From NCBI GenBank assembly GCA_035651755.1, contig DASRFA010000050.1, positions 40,374 to 104,373 on the forward strand: a stretch of 64,000 bases of DNA, in the 5' to 3' direction. Each line of letters begins with the position of its first letter. The first letter of the stretch is position 1. Source of the DNA: Candidatus Binatia bacterium. GTDB taxonomy: Bacteria; Desulfobacterota; Binatia; UBA12015. The notes under the pieces are model-generated. The model made no database searches. It saw only the letters and a program-made list of their open reading frames with translations, and was not told the DNA's origin. This document shows positions 17,398 through 25,632 of this stretch, piece by piece. A program made the position numbers and the translations under genes.

Positions 17398-19299
17398 ATG
17401 AGCCTGGGCACCGACATGCCGTGCCCGCCAGTCACCCCGTCCGGCGCCGGGCCGGGCGCCGGTTCCTTCTATCGCGGCCGGGTCCGGTGGTTCCTCCTGG
17501 TCACCTGCCTGGGGTGGATCTCGTTCGCCGTCCAGAACGCGCCACAGGGACGGTGGATCGCGAGCGCGATCAACCTGGTCGCGGCCGGCTCGACGTTCGC
17601 GCTGTGGCGCTGGGTCCGGGCCTCGGAAGACGACCGCCGAGCCCGCATCGCTTCGCACGCGGCGCTCGCCGTGTCCTCCCTCGGGATCACGGGGATCGCG
17701 CTCACGAGCGGGCAGTCCGAGTCGATGTCGGTCTGGTACCTCGCGGCGATCCCGATGTTCGCGGCGCACCTCCTGAGCGCCGGCGCGGCCGCGGCGTGGT
17801 CCGGGATCGCGATCGCGGCCATGGCGCTCGTGCACCTGAGCGAGCTCTTCGTCACGATCCCGCCCGAGTACACCGCCGTCGGCACGGAGCTGCTGGTCGC
17901 GCGCGCTCTGTTCGTCCTGGTCCTGCTCGGGTTCGCGCTCGCGTCGTGGCGGCTCACGGCGCGCCACGTGACGGCGCTCGAGGAGCGCGAGCGGACGATC
18001 TCCCACCAGGCGCGCGAGCTGACGGTCGCGCGCGACGAGGCGCTCGAGGCGTCGCGCGTCAAGAGCGAATTCCTTGGCCGGATGAGCCACGAGCTCCGGA
18101 CGCCCATGCACGGCGTGATCGGCATGACCGGGCTCCTTCTCGAGACGCGGCTCGACGACGCGCAGCGCGAGTTCGCCGAGACCGTCCATCGCTCGGGCGA
18201 GACTCTGCTCGCGATCGTGGACGACATCCTCGACTTCGCGGAGATCGAGGCCGGTCGCATCGAGCTCGAGACGCGCCGGTTCGAGCCGGTGCAGGTGACG
18301 CGCGAGGCGGTCGCGTTCTTCCAGCAGCGTGCCGAGCAGAAGGGAATCGCGGTTCGGCTCCACGTCGAGCCGGGCGTGCCGGACGAGGTGGAGGGCGACC
18401 GCCGGCGCCTGCGACAGCTGCTGATGATTCTCGTCGGCAACGCCGTCAAGTTCACGGGCGAGGGCGGCATCGACGTGCGCCTCGCGCCGCTGTCCGACGC
18501 GCCATGCGGGCTCCGCTGCACGGTGACGGACACCGGGATCGGGATCGATACGGAGCATCGCGCGCGCGTCTTCGAGGCCTTCTCGCAGGTCGACGGGTCG
18601 ATGACCCGCCGACACGGCGGCACCGGGCTCGGGCTCGCGCTCGCGAGCCGGCTCGTCGCGCTGATGGGCGGCGAGATCGGCGTCGAGAGCGAGCCCGGGA
18701 GGGGGAGCTCGTTCTGGTTCACGGCCCGCCTCGGGCAGTCGCCGGCGCCGGAAGCGGCTCGCGAGGCGGCGGACAGCGCTCGCCCGGCGCGTGCTCCCGC
18801 GGCCTCGGAGCCCGAGCGCGCGGCGCCGCCTCCCATGCCCGATCCGGCAGCCGCGCGCGCTCGCGATCGCGCCGTCCATCCCCTGCGGCGCGGTCGGATC
18901 CTCGTCGCGGACGACAACGACATCAACCAGCGCGTCGCGGTGCGGATGCTCGAGCGCCTGGGCTTCGCCGTCGACGTCGCGGGCGACGGCCGGGAAGCCG
19001 TCCAGGCGGTCCAGGTCTCGAGCTACGACCTCGTCCTCATGGATTGCCAGATGCCCGAGATGGACGGGCTCGCGGCCACGGCGGAGATCCGGCGCGCGGA
19101 GAACGGCGTCCGCCACACGCCGATCGTCGCGATGACGGCCAACGTCGCGCCCGGCGACCGCGAGCGCTGCATCGCGGCCGGGATGGACGCGTTCCTCGCG
19201 AAGCCCGTGAAGCGCGATGCGCTCGCCGCGGTGCTCGCGCGCTTCGTGAGCGCGCAGGACGGGGCGGGCTCGCCGCCGGCGGGGTCATCCGCCGCCTAG
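17398..19299 (+). CDS. Hybrid sensor histidine kinase/response regulator: membrane sensor, HisKA, HATPase_c and a C-terminal receiver domain.
   Basis: N-terminal TM segments; the H-box SEFLGRMSHELRTPMHGVIG; the G1/G2 boxes DTGIGI and GGTGLGLALA; and the receiver motifs ILVADDNDINQ ... DLVLMDCQMPEMDG ... AKP. Confidence 0.9.
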   Translation: MSLGTDMPCPPVTPSGAGPGAGSFYRGRVRWFLLVTCLGWISFAVQNAPQGRWIASAINLVAAGSTFALWRWVRASEDDRRARIASHAALAVSSLGITGIALTSGQSESMSVWYLAAIPMFAAHLLSAGAAAAWSGIAIAAMALVHLSELFVTIPPEYTAVGTELLVARALFVLVLLGFALASWRLTARHVTALEERERTISHQARELTVARDEALEASRVKSEFLGRMSHELRTPMHGVIGMTGLLLETRLDDAQREFAETVHRSGETLLAIVDDILDFAEIEAGRIELETRRFEPVQVTREAVAFFQQRAEQKGIAVRLHVEPGVPDEVEGDRRRLRQLLMILVGNAVKFTGEGGIDVRLAPLSDAPCGLRCTVTDTGIGIDTEHRARVFEAFSQVDGSMTRRHGGTGLGLALASRLVALMGGEIGVESEPGRGSSFWFTARLGQSPAPEAAREAADSARPARAPAASEPERAAPPPMPDPAAARARDRAVHPLRRGRILVADDNDINQRVAVRMLERLGFAVDVAGDGREAVQAVQVSSYDLVLMDCQMPEMDGLAATAEIRRAENGVRHTPIVAMTANVAPGDRERCIAAGMDAFLAKPVKRDALAAVLARFVSAQDGAGSPPAGSSAA

Positions 19300-19312
19300 C
19301 GCCTGCTCGGCA

Positions 19313-20839
19313 CTACGCCTTCGTCACCAGGTGGAGCTGCGGCTCCATTCCCGCGGGCGGCCGGATCGTCGCTCCGGCTTCCCGGCGGGCTTCGGACTCG
19401 GCGTCCGAGTCGGACGCGAGGCTCGGCGGCGCGCTCGCGAGCCGCATGAGCTCGGCGAACGACTCGCGGGTCGCGCGCACGAACGCCGACAGATCCGGAA
19501 CGAGGTCGTAGTCGGCGTTGAAGCCCCAGAAGAGCTTCCCGGTGTAGCTCATGAGCGCGATGCCGAGGCCGAGGTTGTCGACGAGCGGGACGAGCGGGAA
19601 CGTCTCGAGGAGCCGCGATCCCAGCATGTAGATCGGGAACTGCGGGCCCGGGACGTTCGTCACGACCAGGTTGAACGGCAGCATCCGGGTCATGTTGCGA
19701 GCGCCCAGCGCGAGCAGCGTCGACGAGCCCCACTCCGCGACCTCCGTCAGCATCGACGCCGCGACCGCTTGCTTCGACTCCTTCAGGGCGAGGCTCGTCT
19801 CGCGGATCTGGCGGAGCTGCTCGCGCGGGTCGGGCTCGCCGATCGGCAGGTCGAGGAACCAGGCCGACACGCGATTGCCGAGCTTGCCGCGCTGGTCGGT
19901 CGACCGGACGCTGACGGGAGCCATCACGCGGAAGTCGATCTGGCCCGGGTTCACGTTCCGGCGCTCGAGGAAGCGCTGCACGGCGCCGGTCACGACGGTC
20001 AGCACGACGTCGTTGATGCTGCCGCCGAGCGCGCGCCGGATCTGCTTGATCTCGTCGAGGCTCATCTCGAGCCAGTCGAAGCGGCGGTGCGGTCCGATCT
20101 TGTCGTTGAGCGGCGTCGCCGACGGGACCGAGAGCGACGTGCCGAGCATTCCGGCGATCGCGCGTGCGCGCGACAGCAGCTCGCGCCGCAGGTCGGCGGC
20201 CTCGCGCACGAAGTGACCGACGTCGCGGATGGTGTCGACCGGAAGGCGGAGGCGCCGGAGCATCTCGTCGCGCCAGAGCTGGAACGCCGTCGGCACGCGG
20301 CGCGGAATGAAGCGCGGGGGATCGTGCGGCTCGACCTCGGGCGTGGGCGACAGCATCGTGTTCAGGAGATCGACGCCCGAGATGCCGTCGATCATGCAGT
20401 GGTGGACCTTCGAGATCAGGGCGAAGCGGTCTCCGCCCTCGAGCCCCTCCACGACCCACATCTCCCAGAGCGGACGCGACGGATCGAGCGACTGCTCCAT
20501 GATGCGTGCCGAGAGCCGCTTCAGCTGCTGCTCGTCGCCCGGGCGCGGCAGGCTCGTGTGGCGGACGTGGTAGTCGATGTTGAACCGATGGTCGTCGACC
20601 CAGACCGGGCGCTGCGTGAACGGCACCCAGGCGATCTTCTGGCGATAGCGAGGGATGCGGTGCAGCTCGCCCGTCAAGCGCGCGCGGATGGCATCGGCGT
20701 CCACGCCGCCCTGCGGAGTGCGGAGCGGACCGGCCTCGAACGTGAGCGTCGAGGCGACGTGGAGCGGCGCGTGCGGCGTCTCGAGCAGCAGGAACGAGCT
20801 GTCGAGAGCCGTCAAGCGGTCGTATGCGGGCGAGGTCAT
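19313..20839 (-). CDS. Wax ester synthase/diacylglycerol acyltransferase (WS/DGAT) family protein.
   Basis: MTSPAYDRLTALDSSFLLLE...HHCMIDGISG carries the HHxxxDG active-site motif. 508 aa from the internal ATG of ORF 19313..21004, with GGGGGTG upstream. Confidence 0.85.
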   Translation of the reverse strand: MTSPAYDRLTALDSSFLLLETPHAPLHVASTLTFEAGPLRTPQGGVDADAIRARLTGELHRIPRYRQKIAWVPFTQRPVWVDDHRFNIDYHVRHTSLPRPGDEQQLKRLSARIMEQSLDPSRPLWEMWVVEGLEGGDRFALISKVHHCMIDGISGVDLLNTMLSPTPEVEPHDPPRFIPRRVPTAFQLWRDEMLRRLRLPVDTIRDVGHFVREAADLRRELLSRARAIAGMLGTSLSVPSATPLNDKIGPHRRFDWLEMSLDEIKQIRRALGGSINDVVLTVVTGAVQRFLERRNVNPGQIDFRVMAPVSVRSTDQRGKLGNRVSAWFLDLPIGEPDPREQLRQIRETSLALKESKQAVAASMLTEVAEWGSSTLLALGARNMTRMLPFNLVVTNVPGPQFPIYMLGSRLLETFPLVPLVDNLGLGIALMSYTGKLFWGFNADYDLVPDLSAFVRATRESFAELMRLASAPPSLASDSDAESEARREAGATIRPPAGMEPQLHLVTKA

Positions 20840-21183
20840 CTTCGCACCCCCTTGTGGCCGGCCCGGCTCACCGTCCCCCACGGTGTGGCGGGTTTCAAGT
20901 CGGCAGGGATTGACACTCGCGTGGCGCGCGAGCAGGTCCATTCCAGACATTGCACCTGCGCTCGCGGCCGGGCGCGAATGCACGGCCTTGCAGCCGTGCG
21001 CCACCGGGCGGGGTCGCGGAGGGGAAAAGATCCAGGAAAGACGGGCATCCCGCTCGTCGGTCCTGGAGTTCCGGTTGCTACCTATAGCGAGTTCCCGAGG
21101 CGATCCGGATCGGCGCCCGTGCGGCGACGTGCCGGATCCGAGGGGGAGGGCTGCCCTCGGCGGCCCGGCGAGAGGATCCCGAC

Positions 21184-22713
21184 ATGACCTGTACCGAACG
21201 CCACCTGGAGGCGACTCGCCCGTCCCGTCGCCGTCGCGCGCTCTGCGCGGCGCTGGCGATCGCCGTCCTCGGAGCGGCCGCGCTCGCGCGCGACGCCGCA
21301 GCCGCGAGCCAGCGAAAGCTCGTCGACATCCAGATCTCGCCCGCGCTGGCGAGCGTGATTCCCGGGCGAACTCAGGCGTTCACCGCGACCGGCGTCTACT
21401 CCGACAACACGACCGCCGACCTCACCGGCCAGGTGACGTGGGCGGTGCGCGACCCGCGCGTCGCGACCATCGACGCGACCGGCCTCGCGACGGCGGTCGG
21501 CAGCGGCCGGACGGATATCAGCGCGAGCGTCGCCTCGGCCCGGGTTGCTGCGCGCCACGCGGCGCGGCTCGAGGTCGCGGAGCTCGACTCGATGGTCGTC
21601 GATCCCGTCTCGGCGAACGTGCGCGTCGGCGGCAGCGTCGTCCTGAAGGCGATCGGGACGTACGACAACGGGACGACGGGCATCGACATCACGCCGCAGG
21701 TGCAGTGGGCGTCGAAGAAGAAATCGGTCGTGCAGATCGGCACCAACGCCGACGGCGCCGTGGTCGCGATCGGCGTCGCGGCGGGGCAGACGAACGTCGA
21801 GGCGCGCGATCCCGAGACCGGCGTTCGCTCGGAGTCGACCACCGGTCGCATGAACGTCGTCGGGACGCTGGTGTCGATCGAGGTCACGCCGGACGACCGG
21901 ATCATCCGCGTCGGCGAGCGCGTCCGCTACAAGGCGACCGGCACGTTCGAGAAAGGGTACACCACCGACGTTTCGACCGACGTCGACTGGAGCACGGGCA
22001 ACGCCGCGGTCGCAACCGCCGACGCGGAAGGCCGCGTGACCGGCGCCGGCATCGGCTCGACCTCCGTCGTCGCGACCGACCGCGACACCGGGATCTCGTC
22101 GACCGACAGCGGGGCCGACGGCCGCGTCGAGGTCGTGGGCGACTTGACCAGCTTGACGGTTCGCCCGACGCCGCTCTCGCTCGCGCTCGGCGCGCGTACG
22201 AACATGAAGGCACAGGCGATCTTCCAGGGCGTCACGAAAGCCGTGAACGTGACGACGAAGGTCGAGTGGCGAACGACCGATCCGGCGAAGGTGAGCGTCA
22301 CCCGCACCGGGGTCGCGACCTGCCTCTCCGCCGGCAGCGTGATGCTGTCGGTGCGCGATCCGTTCTCCGGCCTCACGTCGACGACGACGGGCGGCGACGC
22401 GCTCGTGCGCTGCGGCGTCCCGGTGGTCGGGGTGCAGATCTCACCGGACACGCTCAGCTTCCGCGTCGGCAAGCTGAAGAAGGTGAAGGCGTTCCTGGTC
22501 TACGGCGACGACAGCCGCGACGAGATCACCAAGCGCGTGACGTGGGCGTCGTCCAACCCGGCAATCGTTTCGATCGACGTCGCCGAGCCGAACATCGGCC
22601 GCCTGCATGCGAACGCGCCCGGGACAGCGACGATCACCGCCGACGACGCGTCGACGGGCCTGAGCTCGACGGCGCCCGGCGGCAAGAGCCTGTCGGTCAC
22701 GGTCCTTCCGTAG
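21184..22713 (+). CDS. Secreted protein with tandem bacterial Ig-like (Big_2) domains.
   Basis: Signal peptide RRRRALCAALAIAVLGAAALARDAAAA, then repeated 'VxxIxVxP...VGxxxxLxAxGTYSDGTTxDxTxxVxWxSSNPAVA' units. Confidence 0.85.
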   Translation: MTCTERHLEATRPSRRRRALCAALAIAVLGAAALARDAAAASQRKLVDIQISPALASVIPGRTQAFTATGVYSDNTTADLTGQVTWAVRDPRVATIDATGLATAVGSGRTDISASVASARVAARHAARLEVAELDSMVVDPVSANVRVGGSVVLKAIGTYDNGTTGIDITPQVQWASKKKSVVQIGTNADGAVVAIGVAAGQTNVEARDPETGVRSESTTGRMNVVGTLVSIEVTPDDRIIRVGERVRYKATGTFEKGYTTDVSTDVDWSTGNAAVATADAEGRVTGAGIGSTSVVATDRDTGISSTDSGADGRVEVVGDLTSLTVRPTPLSLALGARTNMKAQAIFQGVTKAVNVTTKVEWRTTDPAKVSVTRTGVATCLSAGSVMLSVRDPFSGLTSTTTGGDALVRCGVPVVGVQISPDTLSFRVGKLKKVKAFLVYGDDSRDEITKRVTWASSNPAIVSIDVAEPNIGRLHANAPGTATITADDASTGLSSTAPGGKSLSVTVLP

Positions 22714-22727
22714 CCGACGATCTCGCG

Positions 22728-22754
22728 CGAACGGCCGCGGTGCGCGGCCGTTCG
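22728..22754. terminator. GC-rich hairpin between convergent genes: CGAACGGCCGCG-GTG-CGCGGCCGTTCG.
   Basis: A 12-bp perfect stem with a 3-nt loop, 15 bp after the Big_2 stop, with no U-tract. The next minus-strand gene stops at 22789. Confidence 0.45.
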
Positions 22755-22788
22755 CGGCAGCGAGCGGTGCGCCGCGCGGCGTGCGCGG

Positions 22789-23817
22789 CTAATCGGGAAG
22801 CGGCGTCTCGAGCGCGTCGAACGCGCGCACCAGATCCGCGCCGGCGGGCTGCGCGAGGAGCCGGCGGTGGATCGCGTCGCGCAGGATCGGCCTCTGCAGG
22901 CGCGGGTTCTCGACCGCGTGCCAGGCGACGAGCGCGCTCCACATCGGATCGATGACGTCGCTTCCCGGAAGGTCGCCGCCGTCGACCGCCCTCCACGTGA
23001 AGCTCCGCATCTCGGAGAGGACGGTCTGGAGGTACGCGACGTGGATCGCCTCGTCGATCCGGATGCGCTCGACCATCTCGGCGGCGCGCTCGGCGCGATC
23101 GCGGCGGTCGGCGAAGAGGCCCGGGTCGCGCAGAACGCGGAGGGTGAAGTCGAACCCGACCTCAGCCCGCACCTCGATCATGAGGACGTTCATGAGGAGC
23201 GTCAGCATCTGCTCGTGCCCGAGCGGGATGCGCGGCGCGAGGCGCTCGGCGTCCGGCCGCGCGATGCTCGCGGGCACCTCGGGGATGGGGTAGGCGTCGC
23301 GGCCGAAGACCAGGTCGCGCACCGCGAACCACATCGCGTCGTGCGCGCCGAGCCGGGTCGCCGGGTCGCCGCCCTCGTCCATGCCGTGCGCGACGAGAAG
23401 CCCCTTGTTCAGGTGCCCGGTCGCGGTCTCGGAGACGTCGTCCGCGATGACGCGCGCGAAGTCCGGCGCCGGGAGGTCGACGAGAAGACGCCCGCGCGCC
23501 TCGATGACGCCGGTGATCGTGAGCGAGTTCCAGAAGGTCTGGCCGAGCCCGCGCTGCAGGAGCAGCTTCTGCTGCTCGTAGCTGGGATAGGGACCGGCCT
23601 TCAGCAGCCGCGCGTCCGCGTCGAGCAGCGGCCACCCGCGGCGCGCGAGCTGCTCCCGCCAAGCGCGCACCGCGGGCCACCGATGGAGGGTCCGCGGCGA
23701 CCGGTAGGTACCGGTCGCGTCGAAGCCGCCGTGCAGGCGGACGCCGTCGACCTCGAGCGGACGAGCGTACGCGTGCTCGGCGAGGAGATCGTCGCGGGTG
23801 TAGGCGAGGCGGTCCAT
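22789..23817 (-). CDS. Hypothetical protein, possibly a ferritin-like/diiron-carboxylate fold.
   Basis: 342 aa with good coding composition and several E..H-type motifs (IDEAIHVAYLQTVLSEM, GMDEGGD...H). The functional guess is an inference only. Confidence 0.6.
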   Translation of the reverse strand: MDRLAYTRDDLLAEHAYARPLEVDGVRLHGGFDATGTYRSPRTLHRWPAVRAWREQLARRGWPLLDADARLLKAGPYPSYEQQKLLLQRGLGQTFWNSLTITGVIEARGRLLVDLPAPDFARVIADDVSETATGHLNKGLLVAHGMDEGGDPATRLGAHDAMWFAVRDLVFGRDAYPIPEVPASIARPDAERLAPRIPLGHEQMLTLLMNVLMIEVRAEVGFDFTLRVLRDPGLFADRRDRAERAAEMVERIRIDEAIHVAYLQTVLSEMRSFTWRAVDGGDLPGSDVIDPMWSALVAWHAVENPRLQRPILRDAIHRRLLAQPAGADLVRAFDALETPLPD

Positions 23818-23974
23818 CGAAGAAAGATGTTGTGCGGCGGGGAGCGGTCAGTCAACCGACGGTTCGCAGGCATCTCGGCGGGATGGTGCGTTGTGGATCG
23901 TCGTTACGACCAAGCGCCGGTACGGGCAACGCGGTCCCCGCGCCGAGGAGGAAGCTGATGATTGAGGAGCTTGC

Positions 23975-24696
23975 CTAGTGTGATCGGGGTGGGGTTGGCG
24001 TCTTCCGAACCCGTCGACTAGCGCCAGCGATCGCTGCAAGAGCAATTCGGTCCTCGACGAGCGCCGCCACGCTGGCTGGATACTCGTGGTGGAATGCCTC
24101 GAAGCTGACGCCGATTCCGGGCACAGCGAAGAGGCGTCTGGCAAGTGGTAGGAACTCATTGCCCAGCCCGACCGGTCTGACCACCGTTCGGTGCCTGTCC
24201 GCGAGGAAGCAGCCCGCCAGGTAGTCAGGCAGGAGCAGCAGAGGCTCTTGCGCCTCGGCCTTGAATGAAATCGATTCGACGCGCAGCCCGAATCCCTGGT
24301 TCTTGAACGAGCTATCCCGCATTGCGACGAGCGCCCGCCACTGCTCCCGATAGATCTCTACATTCGTGTCGCCCTGAAGATCACTGTCGTTCACCAAGTT
24401 GGCATAGATCGGTGTCCACTTCGATCGCGCGCCCGATCGAGCTGGCGCCGCGGAGCGCGTCAATGACCCGCTCGAAGGATTCAACAGTCGCGTGCTTCCA
24501 CTTTGGAAGCCCGACGAGACGTGATCGCGTTGACAACTCGTGCGTCAAGCACAGCTTGCGTGATTTGTATTGGCTGCATGTCGGGGGCCGTCGCGAATTC
24601 GCCGCAGCGGAGCGCTGGCACGGCGCAGTGCTGTCGCGCCGCTGACCGGAGCAGGTGGTCCGTCGTGACCGCGTCGATCGCGCGACGCGACGTCAC
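23975..24696 (-). pseudogene. Low-GC gene remnant made of two adjacent out-of-frame ORFs (23975..24484 and 24481..24696), probably a degraded acquired gene.
   Basis: GC in about 23990-24330 falls to the high 50s. The translated fragment ...VEIYREQWRALVAMRDSSFKNQGFGLRVESISFKAEAQEPLLLLPDYLAGCFLAD... is protein-like but lacks a credible N-terminus, and the upstream ORF abuts it in another frame. Confidence 0.35.
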
Positions 24697-24740
24697 CCGC
24701 GGGATGCTGCTCTTCGACGGCGCGCGACACGTCGACTATC

Positions 24741-25595
24741 TTGCGCTGCGTGACGCGCAACGGTTCTCCCACCACCCCCGAACGCTCGCGCTACGCGCGC
24801 CTCGTCTGTGACGCCGCCGGAGTTCGCGGCCGCTGCGCCTTGCGACGCGCCTTCGCCGTGGTCCCGCGCGAGCGGTTTCTCGGACCAGGTCCGTGGCACG
24901 TCTTCGATGGGCCGGGGCCGTATCGAATGACGGAGGACGCCGACCCGCGGCACGTCTACCGGGACGTCCCGGTGGCGATCGATCGCAAGCGGCTCCTGAA
25001 CAACGGTCAGCCCTCGATCGTGGCGTGCCTGATCCAGGCGCTCGCCCTGCGCCCGGGCGCGCATGCGGTGCACGTCGGATCTGGAACGGGATACTTCACC
25101 GCGATTCTCGCCGAGGTCGTCGGCGAGAACGGAAGCGTGACGGCGGTCGAGTACGACGCCGAGCTCGCGGAGCGTGCGCGGGCGAACCTCGCCGATCGGC
25201 CCAACGTCACCGTCGTCCGGGCCGACGGCAACGCGTACGACCCGGGACCGTCGGACGGCATCCTCGTGAACGCCGGTGCGACGCTGCTGCGCCGACTGTG
25301 GGTCCAGTCGCTTCGCGAAGGCGGCCGCCTCGTCCTGCCGCTCACGGGGCCGCACGCGTGGGGCAACGTCCTGGTCGTCACGCGACGCGCGGGAACCTTC
25401 GACGCTCGGTTCCTCGACCCGACAGGGATCGTGATCTTCCCCTGCGTCGGCGGACGCGACGACGCGGATGCGGAGCGGCTCGCGTCCGCCTATGCGGCCG
25501 GCAGGGCCGGCGAAGTTCGCCGGCTTCTCCTGGAGCCACATGCGCCGAGCGCGTCTTGCTGGCTTCATCGCGACGACTCCTGCCTCTCGCTGTGA
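24741..25595 (+). CDS. Protein-L-isoaspartate O-methyltransferase-like SAM-dependent methyltransferase.
   Basis: AVVPRERFL...SIVACLIQALALRPGAHAVHVGSGTGYFTAILAEVVGENGSVTAVEYDAELAERA matches the PIMT core. The start is a TTG or nearby GTG and is uncertain. Confidence 0.7.
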   Translation: MRCVTRNGSPTTPERSRYARLVCDAAGVRGRCALRRAFAVVPRERFLGPGPWHVFDGPGPYRMTEDADPRHVYRDVPVAIDRKRLLNNGQPSIVACLIQALALRPGAHAVHVGSGTGYFTAILAEVVGENGSVTAVEYDAELAERARANLADRPNVTVVRADGNAYDPGPSDGILVNAGATLLRRLWVQSLREGGRLVLPLTGPHAWGNVLVVTRRAGTFDARFLDPTGIVIFPCVGGRDDADAERLASAYAAGRAGEVRRLLLEPHAPSASCWLHRDDSCLSL

Positions 25596-25632
25596 CGATC
25601 CGCGCGTCGGAGGCGCGCGACCGGAGACGGCT

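Noticed and set aside
20840-21183. Small ORF 20836..21048 (-) and a possible sRNA in the 344-bp divergent region.
   Set aside because: The translation is low complexity, and no convincing hairpin-terminator or conserved motif was seen. It is most likely just two divergent promoters.
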